Source: an uncultured Verrucomicrobiales bacterium
Lineage (GTDB): Bacteria; Verrucomicrobiota; Verrucomicrobiia; Verrucomicrobiales; DEV007
NCBI GenBank assembly: GCA_938091905.1
Contig: CALKOM010000101.1
Span: 1 to 38,325, forward strand
Length of the DNA: 38,325 nucleotides
Reading direction: 5' to 3'
Below are positions 27,970 to 38,325 of the stretch, one piece after another. The stretch's first letter is position 1; each line of letters begins with the position of its first letter. The translations under genes were made by a program, and so were the position numbers. The notes beneath the pieces are model-generated. The model was not told the DNA's origin and did not search any database. It saw only the letters and a list, made by a program, of their open reading frames with translations.

Positions 27970-30660
27970 CTATTTCTCTTTATAGGTGGCCCTAACGGAA
28001 GTAATAAAATCTAATAGCGTTACAAAGGTTGTTGAGTCATAGATATCTTCGATATACCCCGTACTACGAATCCATTGATCGAGTCCCTCAAAATACTGCG
28101 GCTCTGATCTACCAATCCATTTATCAAAAACCATGCCTTTGGCGGGCGGATTGGCTGTGATCATGATTCGACCGGAAATATCATAATAGGTGTCACCGCC
28201 ACTGCCGTTGATGACCTTCAACTTTCTGCCCCCACCGACGTTCACCGGTTCGATCTCAATAAAACAGATTTCGGTCTGATTGGCGCTGCTAAGCGTCAAT
28301 CGCGACTCAGGATAACTACTGCCGCCATCCTTAATCTCAATATTTTCAAACCGATAGTCCTGATACGTGTCCGTATCTATAGCATCATTGAGCACTAATG
28401 GAGGAATATCTGAACGCGATTGGCCCAGATTCACCTTGATAGCTCGTTGTGATTGCTTGGCTCCCAGACCCAATTTCACGTTATAAAATCCTCGTGGTAA
28501 GTCAATGCCCCAGGAGTAACTACTGCTGTCTGTTTCGAAAACATTGTGGGTCGCTATGACTAATTCTGTTTCGGTAGGATGCTTTGAGCCTGACAGATTA
28601 TATCCCCCGAGCCAACCGTAGGTATAACCATTCAGTTTCTCTGAATAAGGACTGCCTCCATCTACCATGTAGCCAAGCGGAGTGTAAAACCCCTCTAACG
28701 GTCCAAAGTTAATCTTAATCGCTTTCTTGTATTTATCCAGTGGATCTTCATTGGCCACAAAGACGGGCTTCAAAGTGATATCATTAGAAGTCTTAATGCT
28801 TAGTGGATTCTGGTCACTTTTGACATCCTTGATCCAACCATGAAAATGGTATCCCTCATCTGGAATCGCCTCAATCGTCACCTCGATTCCCTCTGAATAA
28901 GCCCCACCCTCTGGCTCTAACTCGACGCGTCCATATCGTGCATCTTCTTCAAGGCTTACCCTAACCTTCCTTTTCCCCACATACACCGTTGTCGTATTCG
29001 TGCTGATATTACCTGTATTGTCAGTGGCTTTCACGATAATGCGATGCTTCCCATGAGTGACTCCCGTTAGGCTCGCGGCGATCCGATTGGCACGACTCAC
29101 CTTTCTTACGAGCTGCTCATCCAAATAGAGCTCCAGCTCCGTTATTGAACCGCCATGGTAATCGTTGGCGTAGGCCTCAACCTCCACGGTCGCTTCTGTT
29201 GGATTGATTAATAACGCATTCCTCTTGGGCCTGATGGTATTAATGCTGGGTTTCGTGTCATAATACTGCAGCGTTAGGCTATTCAGGTAATCTTCGATAT
29301 GGGTGTAGCCGTCATGGTTCGCGTCCTCCCGTCCATCGCTGGGATCTCTGGGGTCTAATCCATTGGCGACTTCCCACTCATCAGGCATCCCGTCGTCATC
29401 TGTGTCAACCGGGGCCGGCTGAGACTTTAACTCAGGCCAGCCCCCGACCGCTTCTTGCGTGTCAATAAAGCCATTGGTGCTGCCATTGCCGCCATCCATG
29501 CAAGTGGCAGTGCCAGTAGCAACATCATGCAATATCCTTTGGTCGACCGAGTCTCGCTTTAGACTTGCGCCCGCGAACTGAAGCACCTTTTCATAGGCTT
29601 CCTCAGCAGCATGTGTCGTCACCATGCCTGTTTCCACGGGACTTTCCCGACGCAATCCTTTTCTTTCAACATCAGATAGGTGGATCCATTTGGAATCAAA
29701 CTGAACACCATAAGCCCAGTTGTCATTCGTCGCCCTCTCTGATTCTGTTAGCACATTGCCATCAATATAGAATTTACCCCAAACGTTGTACAAGGGGTCC
29801 CATGTCTCAATCCGATTCCATATCGCAACAATCCTTTCCGGATGCCTTGTTGTGGCGGGTCCAGCTTTATAATAGTTGCTCACCATGTTCACATTCATTC
29901 CCTCGCCTCCATAGCAACTGCTGCCTTGCCAGTTGTAGACCACATTGTTTCTGATATCAACGATATCGGATAGGGCATAAGCTGACGCAAACTCTCCAAG
30001 CCTCGGATTTCTGCCGTCGTGGTGTGCAAGCAGATTATGATGGAACGAGGCCTTCTTGCCACCCCAGACGCCGCCATATCCGTGCTTGCCACTTTTGTGG
30101 ACAGAGTTGCGCAAACTTTCTCCAATCAAGCACCACTGCATGGTAAAGTTTTCGTTGGCATAGAATGAGGCGCATTCATCCGTAGACCAACTCATCGAAC
30201 AATGGTCAATGATGACATCTCTGTTCTTCTGACCGCCAATGGCATCCGCTTGTTGCCGGGCTTCATCACCCATTCTAAAGCGCAGGTAACGAATGATCAC
30301 TTCCTCAGTGGCGTCGAGATAGACCTCGTGATTCTTAAGGCAGATGCCATCTCCAGGAGCAGTTTGCCCGGCAATCGTAAGATGTCCGTTTCGGATTCTG
30401 AGTCTGCTTTCCAATGCGATAGTGCCTGACACTTCAAAAAGGACGATTCGTGGTCCATCGGCTTCCACGGCAGCCCGTAGACTACCTTCTCCGCTGTCGT
30501 TCAGGTTGGTCACTTTGATCACCATTCCACCACGGCCTCCGATGGTGTACATGCCATGTCCTTCGGCCCCAGGAAAAGCCGGGATATCTTTAGCTGGCAT
30601 CTCAGACCAGGATAGTAATCCTGCGAGGACTGTCATCATACGGCGCATGTTGGTTTTCAT
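27970..30660 (-). CDS. Multimodular pectate lyase (PL1-like) with Ig-like, InlB-B-like and CBM-like C-terminal domains
   Basis: AFPGAEGHG..TIGGRGG..VTNLNDSGEGSLR, AGQTAPGDGI, IIDHCSMSWSTDE, RNPR and DTDDDGMPDEWE; then VKATDNTG (Ig-like), AIPDEGYHFHGW and KINFGP...YGW. Start could be 30672, 30660 or 30648. Confidence 0.9.
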   Translation of the reverse strand: MKTNMRRMMTVLAGLLSWSEMPAKDIPAFPGAEGHGMYTIGGRGGMVIKVTNLNDSGEGSLRAAVEADGPRIVLFEVSGTIALESRLRIRNGHLTIAGQTAPGDGICLKNHEVYLDATEEVIIRYLRFRMGDEARQQADAIGGQKNRDVIIDHCSMSWSTDECASFYANENFTMQWCLIGESLRNSVHKSGKHGYGGVWGGKKASFHHNLLAHHDGRNPRLGEFASAYALSDIVDIRNNVVYNWQGSSCYGGEGMNVNMVSNYYKAGPATTRHPERIVAIWNRIETWDPLYNVWGKFYIDGNVLTESERATNDNWAYGVQFDSKWIHLSDVERKGLRRESPVETGMVTTHAAEEAYEKVLQFAGASLKRDSVDQRILHDVATGTATCMDGGNGSTNGFIDTQEAVGGWPELKSQPAPVDTDDDGMPDEWEVANGLDPRDPSDGREDANHDGYTHIEDYLNSLTLQYYDTKPSINTIRPKRNALLINPTEATVEVEAYANDYHGGSITELELYLDEQLVRKVSRANRIAASLTGVTHGKHRIIVKATDNTGNISTNTTTVYVGKRKVRVSLEEDARYGRVELEPEGGAYSEGIEVTIEAIPDEGYHFHGWIKDVKSDQNPLSIKTSNDITLKPVFVANEDPLDKYKKAIKINFGPLEGFYTPLGYMVDGGSPYSEKLNGYTYGWLGGYNLSGSKHPTETELVIATHNVFETDSSSYSWGIDLPRGFYNVKLGLGAKQSQRAIKVNLGQSRSDIPPLVLNDAIDTDTYQDYRFENIEIKDGGSSYPESRLTLSSANQTEICFIEIEPVNVGGGRKLKVINGSGGDTYYDISGRIMITANPPAKGMVFDKWIGRSEPQYFEGLDQWIRSTGYIEDIYDSTTFVTLLDFITSVRATYKEK

Positions 30661-30696
30661 TAATCTTTGCACGTTTATTGACTCTTTGAGTTGATA

Positions 30697-32145
30697 CTAA
30701 CTGATGATCTGAGTGATGGGGTCACCGTGATCGATGTCCAAACGCTTGCGTCCCGGCACCTCGAGCGCGTGTGAATCGAGACCCAGCTGACGCAGAATGG
30801 TAGCGTGAATATCAGTCACATAGTGACGATTCTCGACGGCATGAAAGCCAATCTCATCGGTTGATCCATGAACGATGCCACCTTTCAAACCGCCACCAGC
30901 CATCCATACACTGAAGCCGAAGATGTGATGATCACGGCCGTCGGCACCCTGCGATCCCGGCGTGCGGCCGAACTCGGTGGCGAAGACGACCAAGGTTTCG
31001 TCGAGCAGGCCACGTTGCTCTAGGTCTTCTAACAATCCAGCGATCGGTTGATCGACAGCGAGCGCGTTCTTGGCGTGATTGGCTCGCAGGCCGCCATGAG
31101 CATCCCAGGCTCCAGCACCCCCACCGCCGTGCTGGATCTGCACGAAACGCACACCTTCCTCCACGAACCTCCGTGCCGCTAACAGTTGCATGCCGAAGTC
31201 CTTGGAATGGGCTTTGTCCAAGCCGTAACTCGCCTTTGTAGAGGCACTCTCTTTGGAGAAATCGACAATATCCGGTATTGATTGCTGCATGCGAAAGGCC
31301 AACTCATACGATGCAATCCTTGCCGCCATGGTGGCATCCTTGGGATACTCGGTGCCACGCAACGTATTGAGATCTTGAATCAGATTCCTGCCAATCGCCT
31401 GCGATTCCGGGGCAAAGGGGCTTCCCGGTTGGTTGAAATCGAGCGGGTGGTTAGGATCAATCCTGAGCGGCACGGCGTCATGCGCCGGGCCTAAGTAATG
31501 ACCATCACGTTTGTTCCAATACTCACGTTTCCCCAATGAGATGAACTGGGGTAGATTGTCGTTGAGCGAACCAAGACCATAATGAACCCACGCACCCAGG
31601 GTTGGGAATTCGCCATCATTGCGGTGTCTGCCAGAATGGAACTGCGTCTGCGCGCCATGATTGCTGTCGGTGGTCCACATCGAGCGCACGATGGCCAACT
31701 TATCCACATGTTTGGCGGTGTGAGGAAACCAATCGCTGACCTCAATACCACTTTGACCATGTTTCTTGAACCCAACTTGAAGCGGATACAACTCGTTGCG
31801 TTGATTGCCATTCGCATCGGGCACGACCAAACGCTCAAGAGCGAGCTTCTTCGGATCTTGCGCGTCAGCAAAGGGTGTTTCCGAAATCGTCTTTCCCCCA
31901 TACTTGGTCAGCATGGGCTTGGGATCAAAGCTCTCCATGTGACTCACGCCACCATTCATGAAGAGCCAGATCACATTCTTGGCTTTGGGAGAGAAATGGG
32001 GTTTTCCGTTAGGCGGTGTCCACACGCCCGAACGCGCATACCCCTCTCGTTGTAACATCGCCCCGAGCGCCAATCCGGTAAAGCCCATGCCTGCATCAGC
32101 AAGGAAGCGTCGGCGTGACGGAAGATGAAGGTGGCGTTGGGCCAT
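30697..32145 (-). CDS. DUF1501 family protein, Tat signal
   Basis: [35 protein letters not shown] and GRDHHI. Confidence 0.95.
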   Translation of the reverse strand: MAQRHLHLPSRRRFLADAGMGFTGLALGAMLQREGYARSGVWTPPNGKPHFSPKAKNVIWLFMNGGVSHMESFDPKPMLTKYGGKTISETPFADAQDPKKLALERLVVPDANGNQRNELYPLQVGFKKHGQSGIEVSDWFPHTAKHVDKLAIVRSMWTTDSNHGAQTQFHSGRHRNDGEFPTLGAWVHYGLGSLNDNLPQFISLGKREYWNKRDGHYLGPAHDAVPLRIDPNHPLDFNQPGSPFAPESQAIGRNLIQDLNTLRGTEYPKDATMAARIASYELAFRMQQSIPDIVDFSKESASTKASYGLDKAHSKDFGMQLLAARRFVEEGVRFVQIQHGGGGAGAWDAHGGLRANHAKNALAVDQPIAGLLEDLEQRGLLDETLVVFATEFGRTPGSQGADGRDHHIFGFSVWMAGGGLKGGIVHGSTDEIGFHAVENRHYVTDIHATILRQLGLDSHALEVPGRKRLDIDHGDPITQIIS

Positions 32146-32146
32146 T

Positions 32147-34705
32147 CTAGCGAAGGGTAACGAAATCGTTGTGGTTGATCAAGGCCCAGACGAAGTGTCC
32201 GCAAGCGGCCTCGGCCGTCGTTTCCGGCAAGAACCTCCATTCAGTCAATGCCTGGCAACTCTTGGAAACTTCCTCAGCGCTGGGAGTAAATCCCAAGAGC
32301 CTCTGAAAGGCCTTCCTCACAAAGGTCTCATCACTCAGCATTTCTCCACTCATCAACTCAGCGGCTATCTTTGGCGCTGCATCGAGGATCAATTTGCTAT
32401 TGGTAAGCGCTAAGGCCTGTTGCGGGACAACGCTTTGTTCACGGCGATAGCAGTCGGTTACTCTGGCTTCATCGAACATGGTTAGGAAGAGATTACGTTC
32501 GTTGTTGGAGTGGAAGAAATAGAGGCTGCGGCGGCTCGAAGAAGCCTGCTGGTTCTTGGGCACAGGTGGGCCACCCATGGAGACATCGAGCGTGCATGAC
32601 AAGGTGAGAACAGCATCGCGAACGGCTTGGGATTCCAGGCGAAGCGGCTCACGTCGCCACCAGTGGCGATTGTCAGGATCCCGTACCAACTGTGTTTCCG
32701 CGCCAACCGTGGAAGAGCGCATCCGATAGGTCGCGGAACTCACCATGAGACGATGCACATGTTTCATGCTCCAACCATGGTCCATCAGTTCCACGGCTAA
32801 CCAATCCAGCAACTCTGGATGCGTGGGCGGTGAGCCGTTCCTTCCGAAATCGAACACGTCAGCGACTAGCGGTTTTCCGAAGTGTCGCGCCCAGAGGTGA
32901 TTCACCGCCACGCGCGCGGTCAACGGATGACGTCGGTCGGTGATCCAATCGGCGAGCGCGGAACGTCTTCCTGAACTCTGTGAGGGAAATGGCAGCGGCG
33001 GGTCATCTTTCGTGGAATCGAGAAAGCGCGTGGCTGACCACCGCGCCCCATGGATTGGAGTGAAAGTATCTTCGGCCGTGATTGGGGCAGAGCATTTCTC
33101 CTCCGCTTTCTTCAGCGATTGCTTGGCTTTCTTCAGGTGATTCTCGTCCTTGGAGTTTTCGCCGAGAGCCAATTCACGCTGCGCTTTGACCAATCCCAGT
33201 TGTCGCTCAGCATGAATTGCTGGCTCACGCGCTTCATGCCCGTTCCCTGTCCAAGAAGCGCGCGTGGCGGCCACCCGCGCTTGGATACTCTCCAAGTTGG
33301 CCTCTGCCACAGCAACATCCCACTTACTCCCGGCTGCCTGAAGGAGCTCTTCAGCCGTGCTCAACAGAGTCTCCATGACCCATGCCCGGCGCTCCGGTTG
33401 GAAAGCCTCGGCTGGTAGAGAGACGGGCACGACCTCAAGTTCCTTGAATGACAATAGCTCAGGAACGCCCGGGTCCATCACCGTGGATTTGTCAGGCTGC
33501 TTCTCTTCGCCTCGAATGTAGCGGTAAGTTGGTTGGTCTAGCAGCGCATCGAACGCTCGGGGAATGCCATCCTTGGCAAGGTCGGGCTCGCCCGGAATAC
33601 GATCCGTGCGCACATGATAGGGCTCAAAGAAGGCCCGCAGGCGATAATAGTCCGAGTGTTCAATGGGATCGTACTTGTGATCGTGGCACTTGGCGCAATT
33701 CATGGTCAGTCCAAGAAAGGCCTTGCTCACATGCTCCACCGTTTCGTCCATCCATTGGGTGCGATTGAAGATGAAATAATTTCGAGCGAGAAAGCCAGTG
33801 GCCCGCAGTTTAGAAAGCTTCGTGGGATACAGCTCGTCAGCGGCCAACATTTGCCGAACCATCTCATCATAGGGCGCGTCCTCATTGAGCGATTCCACGA
33901 TCCAGTCGCGCCAATGCCAGATGTGTTTCTGACTGTTTCGCAGTTGCTGGTTGAGCCCCCACCAATCGCTATACCGCCAGATATCCATCCAATGGCGAGC
34001 CCAACGCTCCCCATGCTGCGGATCATCTAACAAACGCGCAACAAGAGCATCATACCAATCCGGCGATGGGTCCGTCTGACAACGTTCGATCGCCTTGGCA
34101 GTAGGAGGTAGGCCAAGGAGATCGAAAGACAAACGCCTTAACAGAATCAAACGCGACGCCTCCCCTTGAGGCTGAAGTTCCTTGGCTTCGTGCCCTTGCG
34201 CGATGAAGGCGTCGATTGGATTGCGAACCCAGGCATTGGGATGCGGAGGCACGGGTGGACGTGCAATCGGTTGGAACGCCCAATGCTTCTCAGGGTCCGC
34301 TTCCGGTTGCTCATCCTCGGGTGCTGGGGCGTCCGCAATGATCCACGACGTGAGCCAATCCACCTCTTCGGGGGTCAACGGTTCCCCTTCGTGTTCAGGC
34401 GGCATCCGATCGTCGAGTTCACCGGTGCTCACCCGCTCTATCATAATGCTAGCCATGGGATCACCCGGCACGATCACCTTGGATTGCCGCATGGCCTCCA
34501 CGGTGTCCACTCGGAGGCCTCCCTTCTGCTTGAGTGCTCCATGACAGGCGTAACAGCGCTCACGCAGAAGCGGCTTGATCTCGGTCAGGTAATCAGCCGC
34601 CACCACGTTGGTTACCAGCGAAAGTAGGCCTGCAGCGAGAAGAAGATTACATCGGAGACGCACACGGATGCCCAACAAGCCTAAAAGGGTGTCGTAGCAG
34701 CGCAT
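32147..34705 (-). CDS. PSCyt1 + DUF1549 + DUF1553 protein
   Basis: [47 protein letters not shown] and PQQALAL, with a helical central linker. Start could be 34762 or 34705. Confidence 0.95.
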   Translation of the reverse strand: MRCYDTLLGLLGIRVRLRCNLLLAAGLLSLVTNVVAADYLTEIKPLLRERCYACHGALKQKGGLRVDTVEAMRQSKVIVPGDPMASIMIERVSTGELDDRMPPEHEGEPLTPEEVDWLTSWIIADAPAPEDEQPEADPEKHWAFQPIARPPVPPHPNAWVRNPIDAFIAQGHEAKELQPQGEASRLILLRRLSFDLLGLPPTAKAIERCQTDPSPDWYDALVARLLDDPQHGERWARHWMDIWRYSDWWGLNQQLRNSQKHIWHWRDWIVESLNEDAPYDEMVRQMLAADELYPTKLSKLRATGFLARNYFIFNRTQWMDETVEHVSKAFLGLTMNCAKCHDHKYDPIEHSDYYRLRAFFEPYHVRTDRIPGEPDLAKDGIPRAFDALLDQPTYRYIRGEEKQPDKSTVMDPGVPELLSFKELEVVPVSLPAEAFQPERRAWVMETLLSTAEELLQAAGSKWDVAVAEANLESIQARVAATRASWTGNGHEAREPAIHAERQLGLVKAQRELALGENSKDENHLKKAKQSLKKAEEKCSAPITAEDTFTPIHGARWSATRFLDSTKDDPPLPFPSQSSGRRSALADWITDRRHPLTARVAVNHLWARHFGKPLVADVFDFGRNGSPPTHPELLDWLAVELMDHGWSMKHVHRLMVSSATYRMRSSTVGAETQLVRDPDNRHWWRREPLRLESQAVRDAVLTLSCTLDVSMGGPPVPKNQQASSSRRSLYFFHSNNERNLFLTMFDEARVTDCYRREQSVVPQQALALTNSKLILDAAPKIAAELMSGEMLSDETFVRKAFQRLLGFTPSAEEVSKSCQALTEWRFLPETTAEAACGHFVWALINHNDFVTLR

Positions 34706-34839
34706 GAGGAAAAGTCTGATCAAACCATCTCCTGAGTTCAATAGAAAGGAGTGCGCGACCACGGATCACTCCTAAAGACGAGAACAGTCAGAATCCCTTT
34801 GATCGCGGCCAGAAAAACCCGGATGCTGCCATCTAGCCG

Positions 34840-36783
34840 ATGCGATTCCTCTGCTACGCCATCTTCCTTCAACCGATCCTCCTTGTCTCCTCGCTGGCGT
34901 TCGAGGAGAACGTCCGCCCGATCCTTGAGCGCTCGTGCCTGAAGTGCCACGGTGGAGAGAAAGTGAAGGGCCATGTCGATTTCTCAAAGATCCTGACGGA
35001 GACCGATGCCGATTCGCAGTACGAGTTGTGGGCAACCGTCGCCGAGGTCATCGAGGCCGAAGAGATGCCACCCGAGGACGAGCCACCACTCTCAGGGAAA
35101 GACAAAAACACCATCCTCAACTGGCACCGGCAACGCCTCGCCGCCCCCATCGAGGAGCGGCCTGGAGTGTTTCGCCCGCGGCGTCTGTCCGGACCGGAAT
35201 ACCGCAACACCCTCCACTCGCTCTTCGGGTTCGAGCTGAAGGTCGCTGTGGTCGAGGCGGAACAGACAGTGGTCGGTGAGCAGTCGCTAGTGATGAAGCT
35301 GCTACCGACCGACCCACCCGGAGAGAGCGGCTTCATCAACGACACCCACGGCGCGCGCCTCTCGGCAGTCATCTGGGATCAGTATACGCAGCTAGCCGGC
35401 GCGGCGCTGGAGAAATTGTTCTCCAAGAAAGAACGCGACCAGCTTGGCCATCTGATAGGGGCACCGCTCCAAGAAGAATGGACGACCGCAGAGTTCTCGG
35501 CAGCACAAGCCGAGCAACTGATCCGCACCTTCGTCCCCCGCGCCTGGCGCCGCCCCGTCGCGGACGACCAACTAGCAAAGATCCTCACCGCGCTCGACGG
35601 CAAGCAGGGCGAGGCCTTGGTCGCCGCAACCAAGTTCGAACTGAAAGCCGTCCTCATGTCGCCCTCATTTCTCTACCGAGGAGTTCTTATGCAGGCCGAA
35701 CCCGACAAGCAGCAGCAGGTCGATCCCTTCGAACTAGCAGAACGCCTGTCCTACTTTCTCTGGGAAGACCAGCCCGATACCGAGCTCATGAAATTGGCTG
35801 GGGATGGATCGATCTCAGATCCCGCAGTCGTCGCAGCGCAAGTCACCCGGATGTTGCAGTCGCCGAAAGCGCGCAGCCTTTCAGAGAGCTTCGGCGCGCA
35901 GTGGTTGCTCATCGGCAATCTCGACGAGCTGCTGCTGAAAAACCCGATCCGGCTCCACGCGCTCAAGACGCAGCCGCTCGACTTTCTCAACTACCTGTTC
36001 ACCGAAGATCGCTCTGTCATGGAGATCATCGACTCCAAAGTCACCTTCGTGAACCAGGGCACCCAGGGGTTCTATGGCAAGGATCGCAAGCGCATGAAAC
36101 GCATCACCGTGCCCAAGGGGATCGAACGCTCGCGCACGCCTAACCAGAGACTGACACTAGAACACGCCGAGGGGCGCGGCGGCATCCTCACCATGCCGGG
36201 CATCCTCACCATGAACATTGGCCCGATCCAGCGCGGCACCTGGATGCTCAGGCAGATCCTCGGCGAGCAGCTCGGCGAACCTCCCGCAGACATCCCCGCG
36301 ATCCAGCCGAGCCCGCCCGGAGAAAACCTCTCCTTCCGCCAGCGCTTCGAGGCCCACCGCAGCGACGCCAGCTGCGCCCGCTGCCACGAGAAGATCGACC
36401 CGTTGGGCTTCGCGCTCGACGGCTATGACCAGAATGGCAAGTTCACGCTCGCATCGGACCAGGCGAAGGGGGAAAAACCACCGCCACCGATCGATACCTC
36501 GGGAAAACTCCCGACCGGTGAGGCCTTCAAAGACTTCGCCGAGCTCAAAGCCATCCTCATGACCAGCCAGCGCGAGACCATCGTGCGCAACATCGTAGAG
36601 CACACGCTCGCCTACGCGCTGGGCCGAAAATTGGTGCGCAGTGACCAGCCCACCGTTGATCGCATCACGAAGAACCTTTGCGAGAACGACGGAACATGGA
36701 AGAGTTTGTTTGTCCAGATCGCCAACAGCCTCCCGTTCAGAGAGACGATCATCGTGACCAGCCAGAAGAAGAACCATGAGTAA
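34840..36783 (+). CDS. DUF1592-type protein (cytochrome c + DUF1587/1595/1592/1588/1585)
   Basis: CLKCHG, RRLSGPEYRNTL, RAWRRP, ELAERLSYFLW..QPD, RGGILT, PIQRG.W, CARCHEKIDPLGF and YALGR. Confidence 0.95.
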   Translation: MRFLCYAIFLQPILLVSSLAFEENVRPILERSCLKCHGGEKVKGHVDFSKILTETDADSQYELWATVAEVIEAEEMPPEDEPPLSGKDKNTILNWHRQRLAAPIEERPGVFRPRRLSGPEYRNTLHSLFGFELKVAVVEAEQTVVGEQSLVMKLLPTDPPGESGFINDTHGARLSAVIWDQYTQLAGAALEKLFSKKERDQLGHLIGAPLQEEWTTAEFSAAQAEQLIRTFVPRAWRRPVADDQLAKILTALDGKQGEALVAATKFELKAVLMSPSFLYRGVLMQAEPDKQQQVDPFELAERLSYFLWEDQPDTELMKLAGDGSISDPAVVAAQVTRMLQSPKARSLSESFGAQWLLIGNLDELLLKNPIRLHALKTQPLDFLNYLFTEDRSVMEIIDSKVTFVNQGTQGFYGKDRKRMKRITVPKGIERSRTPNQRLTLEHAEGRGGILTMPGILTMNIGPIQRGTWMLRQILGEQLGEPPADIPAIQPSPPGENLSFRQRFEAHRSDASCARCHEKIDPLGFALDGYDQNGKFTLASDQAKGEKPPPPIDTSGKLPTGEAFKDFAELKAILMTSQRETIVRNIVEHTLAYALGRKLVRSDQPTVDRITKNLCENDGTWKSLFVQIANSLPFRETIIVTSQKKNHE

Positions 36784-38325
36784 GCATTGGAACATCGAGC
36801 GCAGGACCTTTCTGCGGGGCGCCGCCGGCGCACTCATCCCGCTGCCGTTCCTCAACCTGATGGAGTCCGCTGCCGGGGCGGCATCGCGCGATCTCGCCGG
36901 GAAGGCAAAACCGCCCGTGCGATTTGTCACCCTGTTCAAGCCGAACGGCGTGCATCCACCATCGTGGAACATCAACGGCGGCGTCGAAAACGACTTCCGC
37001 ATGTCGCCACTGATGCAGCCCTTCGCCAAGCACAAGGACGACCTGCTGATCCTCGACAACATGGGCGACTTCGGTTTCTCATCCCACAGCAACTCGACCC
37101 GACGCTTCCTCTCCGGTCACCACACCAACAGCAAGTCGGCATCGCTCGACCAGCTGATCGCCGACAAGATTAAAGGCGAGACCGCCCACCGCTCGCTCGA
37201 GCTTACCACCGAGGGGCTGTTCACCAACCAGATCGGCTGCAGCTACATCTCCTACGATAAAAAGGGCGCTCCGATCCCGCGCGAGAGCGACCCGCAACTG
37301 GTCTTCGACCGGCTGTTCCGCAACCCAATGTACGACCCGAAACAGCGCGGGCAAATAACCAGCCTGCTAGACAGGGTCAGAGACGATGCGAGGGCCTTGC
37401 AGCGCAAGACCGGGCGCGAAGACAGCGAGACCCTGGACGAGTACTTCACCGTCCTCCGCGAGACCGAACAGCGCCTCGAAAACATGAAACCAGCGGCAGT
37501 CCCGCAAGGCATCGACTTTTCAAAACTCAAACGGCCCGAGAGCACCAGCAACCTCGACGAGCAGGTCAACGCCATGCTCGACATCATCGCCATGGCGCTG
37601 TGGACCGACTCGACCCGCTGCATTAGCTACATGCTAGGCAACAGCAACAGCCGCATGATCTTTGATTTCCTCGGCATTAAAAAACAACACCACTACCTCT
37701 CGCACTTCTTCCGCAACTTCAGCCGCTCGAACATCGACGCGCTGCTCAAGATCAGCCTCTGGCACATGGAGAAGTTCGACCGCCTCCTCACCAGGCTCAA
37801 ATCTTACAAAGATCAAAACGGCTCGCTCCTCGATCACAGCGTGGTGTTGTTCGGCTCCGGCATGGGCCACAGCGACAACCACACCGCCCAGCGCATCCCG
37901 ATCGTCCTCGCCGGCAAAGGGGGTGGCATACTCAAGACCGGGCGCTACCTCCGCTACTCGGAGAACCAGGAACTCGGCCGCCTGCACCTAACGCTGCTGC
38001 AAAAATTCGGGGTCAGTGAGGACACCTTCGCCAACGCCTCCGCCCCTCTACCGGGCCTCGATGGCGGTGCCTTCGACGAGTACCACGAACGCCCGTTCGA
38101 CAGCTGGGTGAAAACCGGCAACGGCAAGATCACCGTGCAAGGTCGGCTACGGATGTCGGACGACCTCGACGAGGCGAAGATCTTCTACATCGACGTGAAA
38201 GACAAGCCGACGGTGAGGATCGATGTTAGTTTCAGAGACTTCCACAAGTTCAATCTCGCCTACCACGTCGGCACCCCGATCGTCCTCAGCGGCAACAGGA
38301 GCGAGCGCAAAGGCCAGCTCGTCCT
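36776..38325 (+). CDS. DUF1552 family protein with C-terminal extension (3'-truncated by window edge)
   Basis: Absent from the ORF track because it has no stop in the window. ATG 36776 overlaps the upstream stop. Reads MSKHWNIERRTFLRGAAGALIPLPFLNLM, PNGVH, SLDQLIA, SLEL, DPQLVFDRLF, SLLDRV and GSLLDHS..FGSGM, and stays open to the window end. Confidence 0.93.
   Translation, partial: MSKHWNIERRTFLRGAAGALIPLPFLNLMESAAGAASRDLAGKAKPPVRFVTLFKPNGVHPPSWNINGGVENDFRMSPLMQPFAKHKDDLLILDNMGDFGFSSHSNSTRRFLSGHHTNSKSASLDQLIADKIKGETAHRSLELTTEGLFTNQIGCSYISYDKKGAPIPRESDPQLVFDRLFRNPMYDPKQRGQITSLLDRVRDDARALQRKTGREDSETLDEYFTVLRETEQRLENMKPAAVPQGIDFSKLKRPESTSNLDEQVNAMLDIIAMALWTDSTRCISYMLGNSNSRMIFDFLGIKKQHHYLSHFFRNFSRSNIDALLKISLWHMEKFDRLLTRLKSYKDQNGSLLDHSVVLFGSGMGHSDNHTAQRIPIVLAGKGGGILKTGRYLRYSENQELGRLHLTLLQKFGVSEDTFANASAPLPGLDGGAFDEYHERPFDSWVKTGNGKITVQGRLRMSDDLDEAKIFYIDVKDKPTVRIDVSFRDFHKFNLAYHVGTPIVLSGNRSERKGQLV

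Noticed and set aside
36157..37092. 311-aa antisense ORF and other short ORFs in 36787-37991
   Set aside because: These are shadows of the GC-rich DUF1592 and DUF1552 genes. The real frame starts at 36776.
1..38325. CRISPR array, tRNA/rRNA, defence system or prophage
   Set aside because: By eye I saw no regularly spaced direct repeats, no cloverleaf or rRNA-like segments, and no nuclease, reverse transcriptase, integrase or phage structural motifs.

Overview
Accessory, mostly secreted-protein region from a PVC-superphylum bacterium (Verrucomicrobiota or Planctomycetota, inferred from gene families). It holds three intact PSCyt/DUF1549-DUF1553 + DUF1501 pairs and a fourth pair collapsed into one short in-frame fusion remnant. 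It also has an intact DUF1592-type + DUF1552 pair; the DUF1552 gene runs off the window and carries an extra C-terminal region. Other intact genes encode a PVC-type CxxCH dehydrogenase-like protein, a 7-repeat FG-GAP propeller, a GHL6-like glycosidase, a PL1 pectate lyase with an AT-rich C-terminal half, PhoD, a ceramidase-like/LamG protein, a TIM-barrel isomerase and an alpha/beta hydrolase. The left 5.4 kb is mostly decayed: an IS630 end followed by several truncated, frameshifted or internally deleted gene fragments. Several REP-like palindromes and one G-quadruplex-like tract lie between genes. I saw no CRISPR array, tRNA or rRNA. Family calls come from recognising motifs by eye, not from database searches. 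I did not find a clearly new system. The best lead is that the functionally unknown DUF1553/DUF1501 cassettes each sit co-oriented with a different glycan- or sugar-acting enzyme and carry different central inserts.
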